Below are positions 55,874 to 64,000 of a stretch of 64,000 nucleotides of DNA, piece by piece (position 1 is the stretch's first letter; each line of letters starts with the position of its first letter). This stretch comes from Chloroflexota bacterium (GTDB lineage: Bacteria > Chloroflexota > Dehalococcoidia > Lucifugimonadales > UBA2985), in contig JAPPHY010000007.1 of NCBI GenBank assembly GCA_028877205.1, positions 236,766 through 300,765 on the forward strand, given 5' to 3'. The translations under genes were made by a program, and so were the position numbers. The notes below the pieces were generated by a model that saw only the letters and a program-made list of their open reading frames with translations, made no database searches and had not been told where the DNA came from.

Positions 55874-56032
55874 GCGAAGCGCCTTCGCGATCCGGCGCCC
55901 GCTCTTCCACAGGTTTGCGTCTCCCTCACGCCGCGTCTCTTGGGCGCGGCGGCTTCCAGTCTATCACAGCCGTAGCCGCTCACTCGGTCGGTCCGCGTGC
56001 CGGCTCCAGCAGCAAGGGGAGGCGAGCTGAAC

Positions 56033-59000
56033 GTGAGCGCAGGCAGCTACGGATCGAAGGGCAGGCTGGAAGGCGCGGCGGCAGCGGCGCTGATAGTCGC
56101 CCTTGCCGTGCTTGCCGCGGTCATGCTCTCCGCGCCGCTGGCCTACGCGCAGGACCCCGTAATCGAGCCTACCGAGGCGCAAGCAGCGCCAACACCCGAA
56201 TCCACCACTGAGCCTCCGCCCGAATCGACCCAGACTACAACGCCCGAACCTACCCAGCCCCCAACCCCCGAGCCTGTGCCGGAACCCACGGCGGAGCCAA
56301 CACCGGAGCCCACGCCCGAACCGACGCCTGAACCTACGGCAGAGCCTACTGCCGAACCGACGCCTGAGCCCACGGCGGAGCCTACTGTCGAGCCGACGCC
56401 TGAGCCCACGACGGAGCCTACTGCCGAACCCACTCCTGAGCCAGCAGTCAGCGTACCGGCAGCGCCCACGGGGCTGCAGGCCAACGCCTCACCCGGCTCG
56501 CTGAGCATATCGGTGGGCTGGGGTGACGTCACCGGAGCGAGCCATTACCGGGTCCGCTGGCGAGTGGCCGGACCGGGCAACAGCCTGAACACGGGTGTGG
56601 AGACGCAGTCCTCCAACGCCACCATCACCGTCAGTAGCTACGGCGAATGGGTGGTGCGGGTAGAGGCGTGCAACAACGCGGGCTGCGGGTCGCACATCGC
56701 ATTGCGGTTTGCGGTCGATCCGGCTCCTGAACCAACGCCGGAGAACAACCTGGCGCCGGTCTTCAACCTCGCGATCAGCGGCCTGTCCTTCCAGGAAGGC
56801 GAGGACGACGGCGAGACGACACTGCCGGAGGCCGACGGCGGCAACGGCGCTCTGACATACAGCGTGACGCCGGCCCTGCCCGAGGGACTGACATTCGACC
56901 CTGAGACCCGCGTCCTTGGCGGCACGCCGTCTGAGGCCGGCGAGTTCTCCATGACCTACACCGCCACCGACGAGGACGGCGACGAAGCCTCGTTCACGTT
57001 CACCATCACCGTGGACCCTGGCCTTGTGACAGCCCAGTCAAATTCGCTGCCCGCGCCCGTCAACGTCACCGTCTCCCGCAAGCGGTCCGACGTGCAGATG
57101 AACCCGGCCATTGACGTGAGCTGGGCCGCTCCGAGCCACCACCGGACAAACCTCGGATACGCGCTGCGGGTAATGAAAATCGGCTCAGACCAGACAGCAA
57201 CCCAGGTAGCAATCCATGGTTTTGGCGAGAACACGCTCAACACGACCCTGACAGACCTGGACGCCGGCGCCGTATACCGAGTCGACGTGCGGGTGAAGTG
57301 GGCGGTTGACGGATTCAGCAGCTGGGTTAGCTCGTCACACATCACCGCCAACCGGCCGCCCACTACAACCAACACATACGTCGCTGAAGCTAGTCTTCCG
57401 TGGGGCCAGACCGGGTACAGTGAAACCGCGCTGCCGACCTATTTCAGCGACGCGGAAGGCGACACGCTGACCTGGTCGGCCTCTTCTGCGTATCCCGGCG
57501 TGATCGCTGCCGGGGTGGACGGGTCCGGATCCACCGCCAGGCTATGGGTCAGGCCGGTCAACCCCGGCTCGGCATTGGTTACCTACGGAGCGCACGACGG
57601 ATACGGCGGGTATGCCTCTCGCACCGTGAAAATGACCGGCACCGCGAACGAGGTCCGGAGCATCCCTGAGAACTCTCCCAGCGGCACCAATGTGGGCGCG
57701 CCTCTCGCGGGCGTCCCCTACAACGACGAGACGCTGACCTACTTCTGGACCTTCAACGGCGACCCTTGGCGGCAATTCTCCTTCAACACTTCCACCGGCC
57801 AGATCATCGTGTCCGTAAACGTCATCCCGTCGAAACTGGACTACGAGACCGGCCCGAACAGCTACACCGGCAAGGTGGAGTACACCGTGCAGGGCCAGAA
57901 AGCGGTGATCAACTACACCATCAACATCACTGACGTCACTCCCGGCAAGCCCGCCGCTCCGACGGTGACGCGTAAGCAGTCAAGCGTGGCGACGACGCAC
58001 CCAGCGCTGGACGTGACGTGGACGGCGCCCGATGCCAACGGCACCACCATCAACAGCTACGAGGCCCAGTACCGGGTCAAGGTGGCTGCGGGCGAGACGG
58101 AAAACGCCTGGACGGCGTACACCGGCACGCTAGGGGCGACCGCGACGAGCCTCAGCTTGACAGGTCTGCAGTCCGGTGCCACCTACGAGGTCCAGGTGCG
58201 CGCCGTCAGCAACGACGAGGGCAAAGGCCCCTGGTCGGACTCCGGGGAGGGCCAGGCCAACACGGTGCCGAGCACCACCGCGTTATCCATCGCTGCGACG
58301 ACGATCCCGTGGGGGGAGACCAGAACCTACGATCTCGCCGCTTCCGGGAGTGAGTATTTCACGGACGCGGACGGCGACACCCTGACCTACTCGGCCTCCG
58401 CCACGTACCCTTGCATCGTCGGCGTCAGCTTCTCGGGTTCCGTGCTGTCCATCACCGCCCTCAACCCCGACGCGTCCACCATAGTCTACGGGGTGACCGA
58501 TCCCTACGGCGGTTACACTTCTCGCGCCGTGACCATCACCGGCTCGGGGAACGTCACACGGGAGGTGCCGGAGAACTCCGCCGCTGGAACGAACGTGGGC
58601 GCGCCGATAACCTCTGCCCCCTGCGGCGATGAGTATATTTCCTACGGGTTCGATGGCGAGGCATCGACCTCCGGGAAGTTCGTCATCGACCATGAGACCG
58701 GCCAGATCAGCGTGGCGGAAGGCGCTACGCTGGACCACGAGACCAAGAGCTCCTACACAGGCCGGGTGCATTGGGTGGTGCACGGGGACCAGTTCCCCGC
58801 CGCCAACGTCACGATCAACGTGACCGACGTGGGGGCGGGCAAGCCCGGTACGCCGACGGTGACGCGGACAACGTTCAGTGAGCCGACAGCCCCTGCCCTG
58901 GACGTGACGTGGACGGCCGCGACTGCCAACGGGGGCGCGACCATCTCGGGCTACCAGGCGCAGTACCGCAAGAAGGCAGAGGAACCTGTGGCGTGGACGT

Positions 59001-62000
59001 CCTACAGCGGCACGCTGGGCGCTACGGCGACGACCCTGAACCTGGCGAACCTGGAAGCGGGAGCGACCTACGAGGTGCAGGTGCGGGGAGTTAGCAGCGA
59101 GGAGGGTGCCGGGCCCTGGTCGGACACCGGAGAGGGCACGGCCAACACGCCGCCGGCTGCCACCAGTACGCCCTTCAACGGCGGTACGTTCCCGGTCGGC
59201 ACCGTCGCCACCTACTCTGAGACGGGCCAGGGAGCATTGGGGGTGTTCTTCCAGGACGCCGACAGCGACACGCTGACCTATGCGGCCTCCGCACAGCACC
59301 CCGCCCTGCTGGGTGTCAGCCTGTCCGGCGCAGCCGGGAGCGCCCAGCTGCGAGTAACCCTGCTCAATCAGGGCTCATCCCAAGTCATCTTTACGGCCAG
59401 CGACCTCTACGGCGGGTCCGTAACCCGCACCACGACCATCGGCATCACGGCGAAAACGAGCCGCAGCATCGCTGAGAACTCCCCCGCGGGCACGGCGGTA
59501 GGGGGGCCGGTGACAGGCATTCCGTACAACGGCGAGGCGCTGACCTACTCGCTGGAGGGCAAGGCGAAGGATTCCGGGAAATTCGTCATCAACTCCGCCA
59601 GCGGCCAGATCAGCGTGGCGCAGGGCGCTACGCTGGATTACGAGACTGACGATGACGACAGGGAGATCGAGTACTGGCAAGGCGAGGTGTTCAACAAGTT
59701 CTACAGGGGAGAGGTGCACTACACGGTAGACGGCCACGCGGCGGTCATCAGCGTGCTCCTCATCTTGACGGACGTGGACTCCCCCAAGCCCGCGGCGCCG
59801 ACGGTGGCCCGCACGCAGTTCAGCGAGCCGACCAACCCGGCGCTGGACGTGACATGGACAGCGCCCTCCGCCGGCGGCATGACCATCACCGGCTACAAGG
59901 CCCAGTACCGCAAGAAGGTCGCGCAGGGCGAAACCCCCAACTCGTGGACTGCTTACAGTAGCACGCTGGGCGCTACGGCGACCACCATCAACCTCCCGGA
60001 CCTGGAGGCGGGGGCCACCTACGAGGCGCAGGTGCGGACGGTGACCAGTGAAGAGGGCGATGGGTCTTGGTCGGATATCGGGGAGGGGCAGGCCAACACG
60101 CCGCCGAACACCAACATCTGGTTCATGACTGATTTCTCTTTCTGGTGGGGTTCCTCTTCTGTACCTCACGGCGTGTCAGGATATTTTGAGGACGCGGACG
60201 GCGACACACTGACATACTCGGCCTCATCAGAGTACCCCGGCGTGATCCAGGTCTGGATGACTGACCCTGACGTCCTGACGATGTTAGCGGTCAACCCGAG
60301 CTCATCAACGGTGACGTACGGAGCCTCTGACGGGTACGGCGGATATATCTCGCGTACCTTCAAGGCCACCGGCACAGGGAACGAGACTAGGAGTGTGGCG
60401 GAGAACTCTCCTGCGGGCACAGCGGTAGGTCGGACGGTGCATGGAACGCCATACAACGACGAAACACTGACCCACACCTGGGAGGGTGAGGCGAAGGACT
60501 CAGGGTTGTTCGAATTCAACTCCGCGACTGGGCAGATCAGTGTCGCGCAGGGCGCAACGCTGGACTACGAGACCAAGAGCTCCTACACCGGCAAAGTGAA
60601 ATGGACCGTGCAGGGTCAGGAAGCCGTTGTGAACCTGACCATCAACGTGACGGACGTGGAGGCCGTCATGTCCGCTGCGCCGACGCTCGCCCGCACGCAG
60701 TTCAGCGAGCCGTCGAACCCGGCCCTGGACGTATCGTGGACGGCGGCGACCGCCAACGGACTGACCATCACCGGCTACGAGGCGCAGTACCGCAAGAAGG
60801 CTGCAGATGGCGAGCAAGCTGCTGGATGGACGGCCTACAGCGGCACTTTGTCGGCGACGGCGACGACCCTCAACCTGCCGGACCTGGAGGCAGGCGCCAC
60901 CTACGAGGCGCAGGTGCGGGCGGTGACCAGCGAGGAGGCCGAGGGGCCGTGGTCGGATATCGGGGAGGGCACAGCCAACACGCCGCCGGCCTGGACGCGA
61001 CTTTACTACCCCGACGCGACTTACAGGTACAGGGTCGTCTGGACAATCGTCAGCGGCGGGACGCTCGCTGCCCACTTCTCAGACGCCGATGGCGACACGC
61101 TCACCTATTCGGCGACCCCGGCGCACCCGGCCCTGGCCAATGCATGGGTAGCAGGGAACGATCTGACGATAGAAGCACGGAACGCCGGTGCGACCAGCCT
61201 TACATACAGGGCGCGTGACTCCTACGGCGGAGTCAGCAGCGATGTACGTCATGGATTCACGGTCACCGCAAGCGAGACCCGCACCGTTCCTGAGAACGCC
61301 GCGGCCAACACGATGGTCGGTGACCGGGTGCAGGGGGTTCCCTACACCGGGGACACGCTGTCGCTGGGCTACACGCTTACGGGGGAGCTGGCGACGTCCG
61401 GGAACTTCCTCATCAAGCCGCACGGAAGGATCCGGGTGAAGACTGGGGCCGTGCTTGACTACGAGACCAAGAGCTCCTACACCGGCAAGGTGGAGTACAC
61501 CGTCGGGGGCATTGCCTCCGCCATTGACGTCACCATCAACCTGATTGACATCGAGGCGGGCAAGCCCGGCACGCCGGCGGTGACGCGCACACAGTTCAGC
61601 GAGCAGTCGGCCCCGGCGCTGGACGTGACGTGGACTGCGGAGGCCGCTAACGGACTGACCATTACTGGCTACGAGGCGCAGTACCGCGAGAAGGCCGCCG
61701 ACGGTGAAGAGGCCGCAGCGTGGACGGCCTACAGCGGCACGCTGTCGGCGACGGCGACGACCTTCAACCTGCCGAACCTGGAGTCTGGCGCGACCTACGA
61801 GTTCCAGGTGCGGGCAGTGACCAGCGAAGAGGGCGAGGGGCCGTGGTCGGACATTGGGGAGGGCACGGCCAACCGGCCGCCAAATAAGACCAACAGGCAC
61901 CTCGTCGACAGCACGTACCCGCAGTTCACCAGCGGCTACGCTGACCTGTTCAACTCTACGCCACTGTTCTTCGAAGACGCCGATGGAGACACGCTGACCG

Positions 62001-64000
62001 CTACCAACGTCTCACAGTACCCCGGAATTGTCAGGGTCACTGTGGAAGGTGGAGCAGTCGGCAGGGTCTGGTTCTTCTACATCAACCCGGGCTCGTCGAG
62101 AGTGACATACGGGGTGTATGACCAGTACGGCGGGTACGTGTCTCGCAGCCTGACCCTCTCCGTCTCCGCGAACTGGACCCGCGAAGTCGCCGAGAACTCG
62201 GCTGCGGGTACTTTGGTGGGCAGTCCGGTGGTGGGAACGCCATACGGGGACGATGCGTTCGTCTACACGCTGACGGGCGAGGCAGCGACCTCTGGGGCCT
62301 TCGAGATCGACTCGGGCACTGGGCAGATCAAGGTCAAGCAAGGGGCCAGCCTGGACCACGAGACCAAGGACTCCTACACGGGGAAGGTGAACTGGACGGT
62401 GCAGGGCCAGGCCGCCGTGGCCAACGTCACCATCAACGTGACGGACGTAGAGGCCGGCAAGCCCGGAACGCCGACAGTCACCCGCACGCCGTTCAGCGTA
62501 CCGACGGACCCTGCGCTAGACGTGACGTGGACGGCGGCGGCGACCAATGGCCTGACCATCACAGGCTACGAGGCCCAGTACCGCGTGAAGGCTGCAGACG
62601 GCGAGCAAGCTGCTGGGTGGACGGCCTACAGCGACACGCTGGGTGCTACAGCGACAACGTTCAACCTGGCGGACCTGGAAGCAGGAGTGACGTACGAGGC
62701 ACAGGTGCGGGCGGTTACCAGCGAGGAGGGCGAAGGGCCCTGGTCTGACGTGGGGGAAGGCACGGCCAACCGGCCGCCGACCGCCAGCGGCGCGGACCTT
62801 GCTGACGCCACAATCGCGGTCTCAACCGCCACAGACTATGACATCAGCGACAAGTTCGCGGACGCGGACGGCGACACGCTCACGTATTCGGCCTCGTCGG
62901 CCTATGCAGGCGTGCTCACGACCGCGATAACGGGGAGCACTCTGACGGCAACCGCCATCAACCCCGCCGCTTCCACGGTCACCTACGGAGCCGACGACGG
63001 GTACGGTGGGTATGTCTCCCGCACGTTCACTGCCACCGGCGCCAGGAGTGAGACCAGGAGCGTGGCCGAGAACTCCGCAGCGGGCACGTCGGTGGGCGAT
63101 CCGGTGACGGGCACGCCGTACGACGACGGCGATAGTCAGACCGATGACGCGCTGAGCTACACGCTGACGGGAGACGCGGCGGACGCCTTTGTCATAGACT
63201 CGGCCAGCGGCCAGATCAGCGTGAAGCAGGGCGCGACGCTGGACTACGAGACGAAGGACTCCTACACGGGCGCCGTGGGGTACACAGTGCAGGGGCAGGC
63301 GGCGTCGGTCAGTCTCACCATCAGCGTGACGGACGTGGGGGCGGGCAAGCCCGGCACGCCGACGGTGACTCGCACAACGTTCACTGAGCAGACGAACCCG
63401 GCGCTGGACGCAAGTTGGACTGCCGCCTCTGTCAACGGCACGACCATCACGGCGTATGAGGCCCAGTACCGCAAGAAGGCGGCAGATGGTCAAAACCCCG
63501 AGGCGTGGACTGCCTACACCGGCACGCTGGGCGCAACGGCAACGAGCCTCAACCTGCCGAACATGGAGGCTGGCGCGACCTATGAGTTCCAGGTGCGGGC
63601 AGTGGCCCAGCTGGAGGGCGAGGGCCCATGGTCGGACATCGGCGAAGGCACGGCCAACACGCCGCCGTCCGCCAGCGGCACTGGCCTCACCGCCGCTACA
63701 ATCGCGGTCGCCACCGCCACGGACTATGACATCAGCGGCGAGTTCACGGACGCCGACGGCGACACGCTGACCTACTCCGCCTCGTCGGCGCAGCCAGGTG
63801 TGCTCACGACCGCGATAACGGGGACTGATTCCGACACACTGACGGTGACCGCCATCAACCCAGCCGCTTCCACAGTCACCTATAGCGTCTCCGACGGATA
63901 CGGCGGTTACGCATCTCGCACCGTGACGGTCACCGGTCAAGCGAGTGTGACTCGGTCCATCGCCGAAAACTCGGCAGCGGGCACGGCGGTGGGCGATCCG
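56033..64000 (+). CDS. Giant secreted repetitive protein (FN3, putative-Ig, cadherin-like domains), 3' end outside window
   Basis: The frame is open from 55976 to the window end and is not in the ORF track. Start is GTG 56033 (SD aaggggagg). Signal peptide ...AAAAALIVALAVLAAVMLSAPLAYA|QD, then a (T/A)EPTPEP linker and repeated domain motifs (see findings). Confidence 0.85.
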   Translation, partial: MSAGSYGSKGRLEGAAAAALIVALAVLAAVMLSAPLAYAQDPVIEPTEAQAAPTPESTTEPPPESTQTTTPEPTQPPTPEPVPEPTAEPTPEPTPEPTPEPTAEPTAEPTPEPTAEPTVEPTPEPTTEPTAEPTPEPAVSVPAAPTGLQANASPGSLSISVGWGDVTGASHYRVRWRVAGPGNSLNTGVETQSSNATITVSSYGEWVVRVEACNNAGCGSHIALRFAVDPAPEPTPENNLAPVFNLAISGLSFQEGEDDGETTLPEADGGNGALTYSVTPALPEGLTFDPETRVLGGTPSEAGEFSMTYTATDEDGDEASFTFTITVDPGLVTAQSNSLPAPVNVTVSRKRSDVQMNPAIDVSWAAPSHHRTNLGYALRVMKIGSDQTATQVAIHGFGENTLNTTLTDLDAGAVYRVDVRVKWAVDGFSSWVSSSHITANRPPTTTNTYVAEASLPWGQTGYSETALPTYFSDAEGDTLTWSASSAYPGVIAAGVDGSGSTARLWVRPVNPGSALVTYGAHDGYGGYASRTVKMTGTANEVRSIPENSPSGTNVGAPLAGVPYNDETLTYFWTFNGDPWRQFSFNTSTGQIIVSVNVIPSKLDYETGPNSYTGKVEYTVQGQKAVINYTINITDVTPGKPAAPTVTRKQSSVATTHPALDVTWTAPDANGTTINSYEAQYRVKVAAGETENAWTAYTGTLGATATSLSLTGLQSGATYEVQVRAVSNDEGKGPWSDSGEGQANTVPSTTALSIAATTIPWGETRTYDLAASGSEYFTDADGDTLTYSASATYPCIVGVSFSGSVLSITALNPDASTIVYGVTDPYGGYTSRAVTITGSGNVTREVPENSAAGTNVGAPITSAPCGDEYISYGFDGEASTSGKFVIDHETGQISVAEGATLDHETKSSYTGRVHWVVHGDQFPAANVTINVTDVGAGKPGTPTVTRTTFSEPTAPALDVTWTAATANGGATISGYQAQYRKKAEEPVAWTSYSGTLGATATTLNLANLEAGATYEVQVRGVSSEEGAGPWSDTGEGTANTPPAATSTPFNGGTFPVGTVATYSETGQGALGVFFQDADSDTLTYAASAQHPALLGVSLSGAAGSAQLRVTLLNQGSSQVIFTASDLYGGSVTRTTTIGITAKTSRSIAENSPAGTAVGGPVTGIPYNGEALTYSLEGKAKDSGKFVINSASGQISVAQGATLDYETDDDDREIEYWQGEVFNKFYRGEVHYTVDGHAAVISVLLILTDVDSPKPAAPTVARTQFSEPTNPALDVTWTAPSAGGMTITGYKAQYRKKVAQGETPNSWTAYSSTLGATATTINLPDLEAGATYEAQVRTVTSEEGDGSWSDIGEGQANTPPNTNIWFMTDFSFWWGSSSVPHGVSGYFEDADGDTLTYSASSEYPGVIQVWMTDPDVLTMLAVNPSSSTVTYGASDGYGGYISRTFKATGTGNETRSVAENSPAGTAVGRTVHGTPYNDETLTHTWEGEAKDSGLFEFNSATGQISVAQGATLDYETKSSYTGKVKWTVQGQEAVVNLTINVTDVEAVMSAAPTLARTQFSEPSNPALDVSWTAATANGLTITGYEAQYRKKAADGEQAAGWTAYSGTLSATATTLNLPDLEAGATYEAQVRAVTSEEAEGPWSDIGEGTANTPPAWTRLYYPDATYRYRVVWTIVSGGTLAAHFSDADGDTLTYSATPAHPALANAWVAGNDLTIEARNAGATSLTYRARDSYGGVSSDVRHGFTVTASETRTVPENAAANTMVGDRVQGVPYTGDTLSLGYTLTGELATSGNFLIKPHGRIRVKTGAVLDYETKSSYTGKVEYTVGGIASAIDVTINLIDIEAGKPGTPAVTRTQFSEQSAPALDVTWTAEAANGLTITGYEAQYREKAADGEEAAAWTAYSGTLSATATTFNLPNLESGATYEFQVRAVTSEEGEGPWSDIGEGTANRPPNKTNRHLVDSTYPQFTSGYADLFNSTPLFFEDADGDTLTATNVSQYPGIVRVTVEGGAVGRVWFFYINPGSSRVTYGVYDQYGGYVSRSLTLSVSANWTREVAENSAAGTLVGSPVVGTPYGDDAFVYTLTGEAATSGAFEIDSGTGQIKVKQGASLDHETKDSYTGKVNWTVQGQAAVANVTINVTDVEAGKPGTPTVTRTPFSVPTDPALDVTWTAAATNGLTITGYEAQYRVKAADGEQAAGWTAYSDTLGATATTFNLADLEAGVTYEAQVRAVTSEEGEGPWSDVGEGTANRPPTASGADLADATIAVSTATDYDISDKFADADGDTLTYSASSAYAGVLTTAITGSTLTATAINPAASTVTYGADDGYGGYVSRTFTATGARSETRSVAENSAAGTSVGDPVTGTPYDDGDSQTDDALSYTLTGDAADAFVIDSASGQISVKQGATLDYETKDSYTGAVGYTVQGQAASVSLTISVTDVGAGKPGTPTVTRTTFTEQTNPALDASWTAASVNGTTITAYEAQYRKKAADGQNPEAWTAYTGTLGATATSLNLPNMEAGATYEFQVRAVAQLEGEGPWSDIGEGTANTPPSASGTGLTAATIAVATATDYDISGEFTDADGDTLTYSASSAQPGVLTTAITGTDSDTLTVTAINPAASTVTYSVSDGYGGYASRTVTVTGQASVTRSIAENSAAGTAVGDP
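57449..64000 (+). repeat. In-frame tandem repeats of ~0.9 kb (eight supermodule copies)
   Basis: The DA[DE]GDTLT-coding motif starts at 57449, 58364, 59255, 60191, 61082, 61976, 62861 and 63749. Spacings are 885-936 nt, all divisible by 3. Confidence 0.85.

Noticed and set aside
55414-56032. Possible c-di-GMP or other riboswitch in the long leader of the adhesin-like gene
   Set aside because: Fragments such as gacggcaaacaaag loosely recall GEMM motifs. I could not assemble the conserved helices or tetraloop-receptor features. The region is left as a leader of unknown function.
56180-56450. Short tandem DNA repeats (gagcc.ac.cc.ga.cc. units) that could be mistaken for a CRISPR-like or microsatellite array
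   Set aside because: The units are 9-24 nt with no spacers. They are in frame with the giant gene and encode a (T/A)EPTPEP linker.
56143-63940. Series of long minus-strand ORFs (e.g. 58283-59299, 59375-60169, 60500-61075, 61079-61900, 62822-63940)
   Set aside because: All are antisense to the single open + frame encoding recognisable FN3/cadherin/Ig repeats. Their products are Arg/Gly/Pro/Val-rich, and their apparent repetitiveness just mirrors the sense repeats.

Overview
High-GC bacterial chromosomal segment. The thiolase-like/DUF35 paralogues and the REP hairpins that translate as 'PFDKLR/LSLSKH' are reminiscent of Chloroflexota, but taxonomy cannot be verified without a search. All domain calls are by-eye motif recognition; no HMM or BLAST was run.

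**1-22 kb, mostly core.** This part holds a 5'-truncated NorD-like VWA gene, cinA, a GldA/F/G-type ABC operon plus DUF4340, relA/spoT and rpsT. It also has a HAD hydrolase, a methyltransferase, two non-canonical thiolase-like genes, DUF35 and a transglutaminase-like membrane protein. It is interrupted by a 2.3-kb A/T-richer insertion carrying only a KAP P-loop NTPase. A perfect 16-bp direct repeat brackets that insertion and splits a translationally coupled gene pair.

**22-56 kb, accessory-like.**
- An intact tRNA-Val(CAC) has two decayed copies. The first pair flanks a GmrSD-like DUF262/DUF1524 gene.
- Four paralogous small membrane proteins.
- Two tandem 14-blade RCC1-repeat lipoproteins.
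- An operon of a triple-domain lipoprotein, an OmpR-type regulator and a histidine kinase.
- A 4x Cache lipoprotein gene broken by one in-frame TAA directly after its lipobox.
- Several transporters, tRNA-Ile, a soluble GAF-PAS-kinase fused to a complete OmpR-type regulator, and a MarR gene.
- A conserved 66-nt promoter module with 11-bp-phased GTTACAC direct repeats occurs four times, once with no gene downstream.

**56-64 kb.** One open reading frame is absent from the supplied track because it runs off the window end. It encodes a >2,650-codon secreted protein with eight in-frame Ig-like/cadherin/FN3 supermodules.

No rRNA, CRISPR array, integrase or transposase was recognised.
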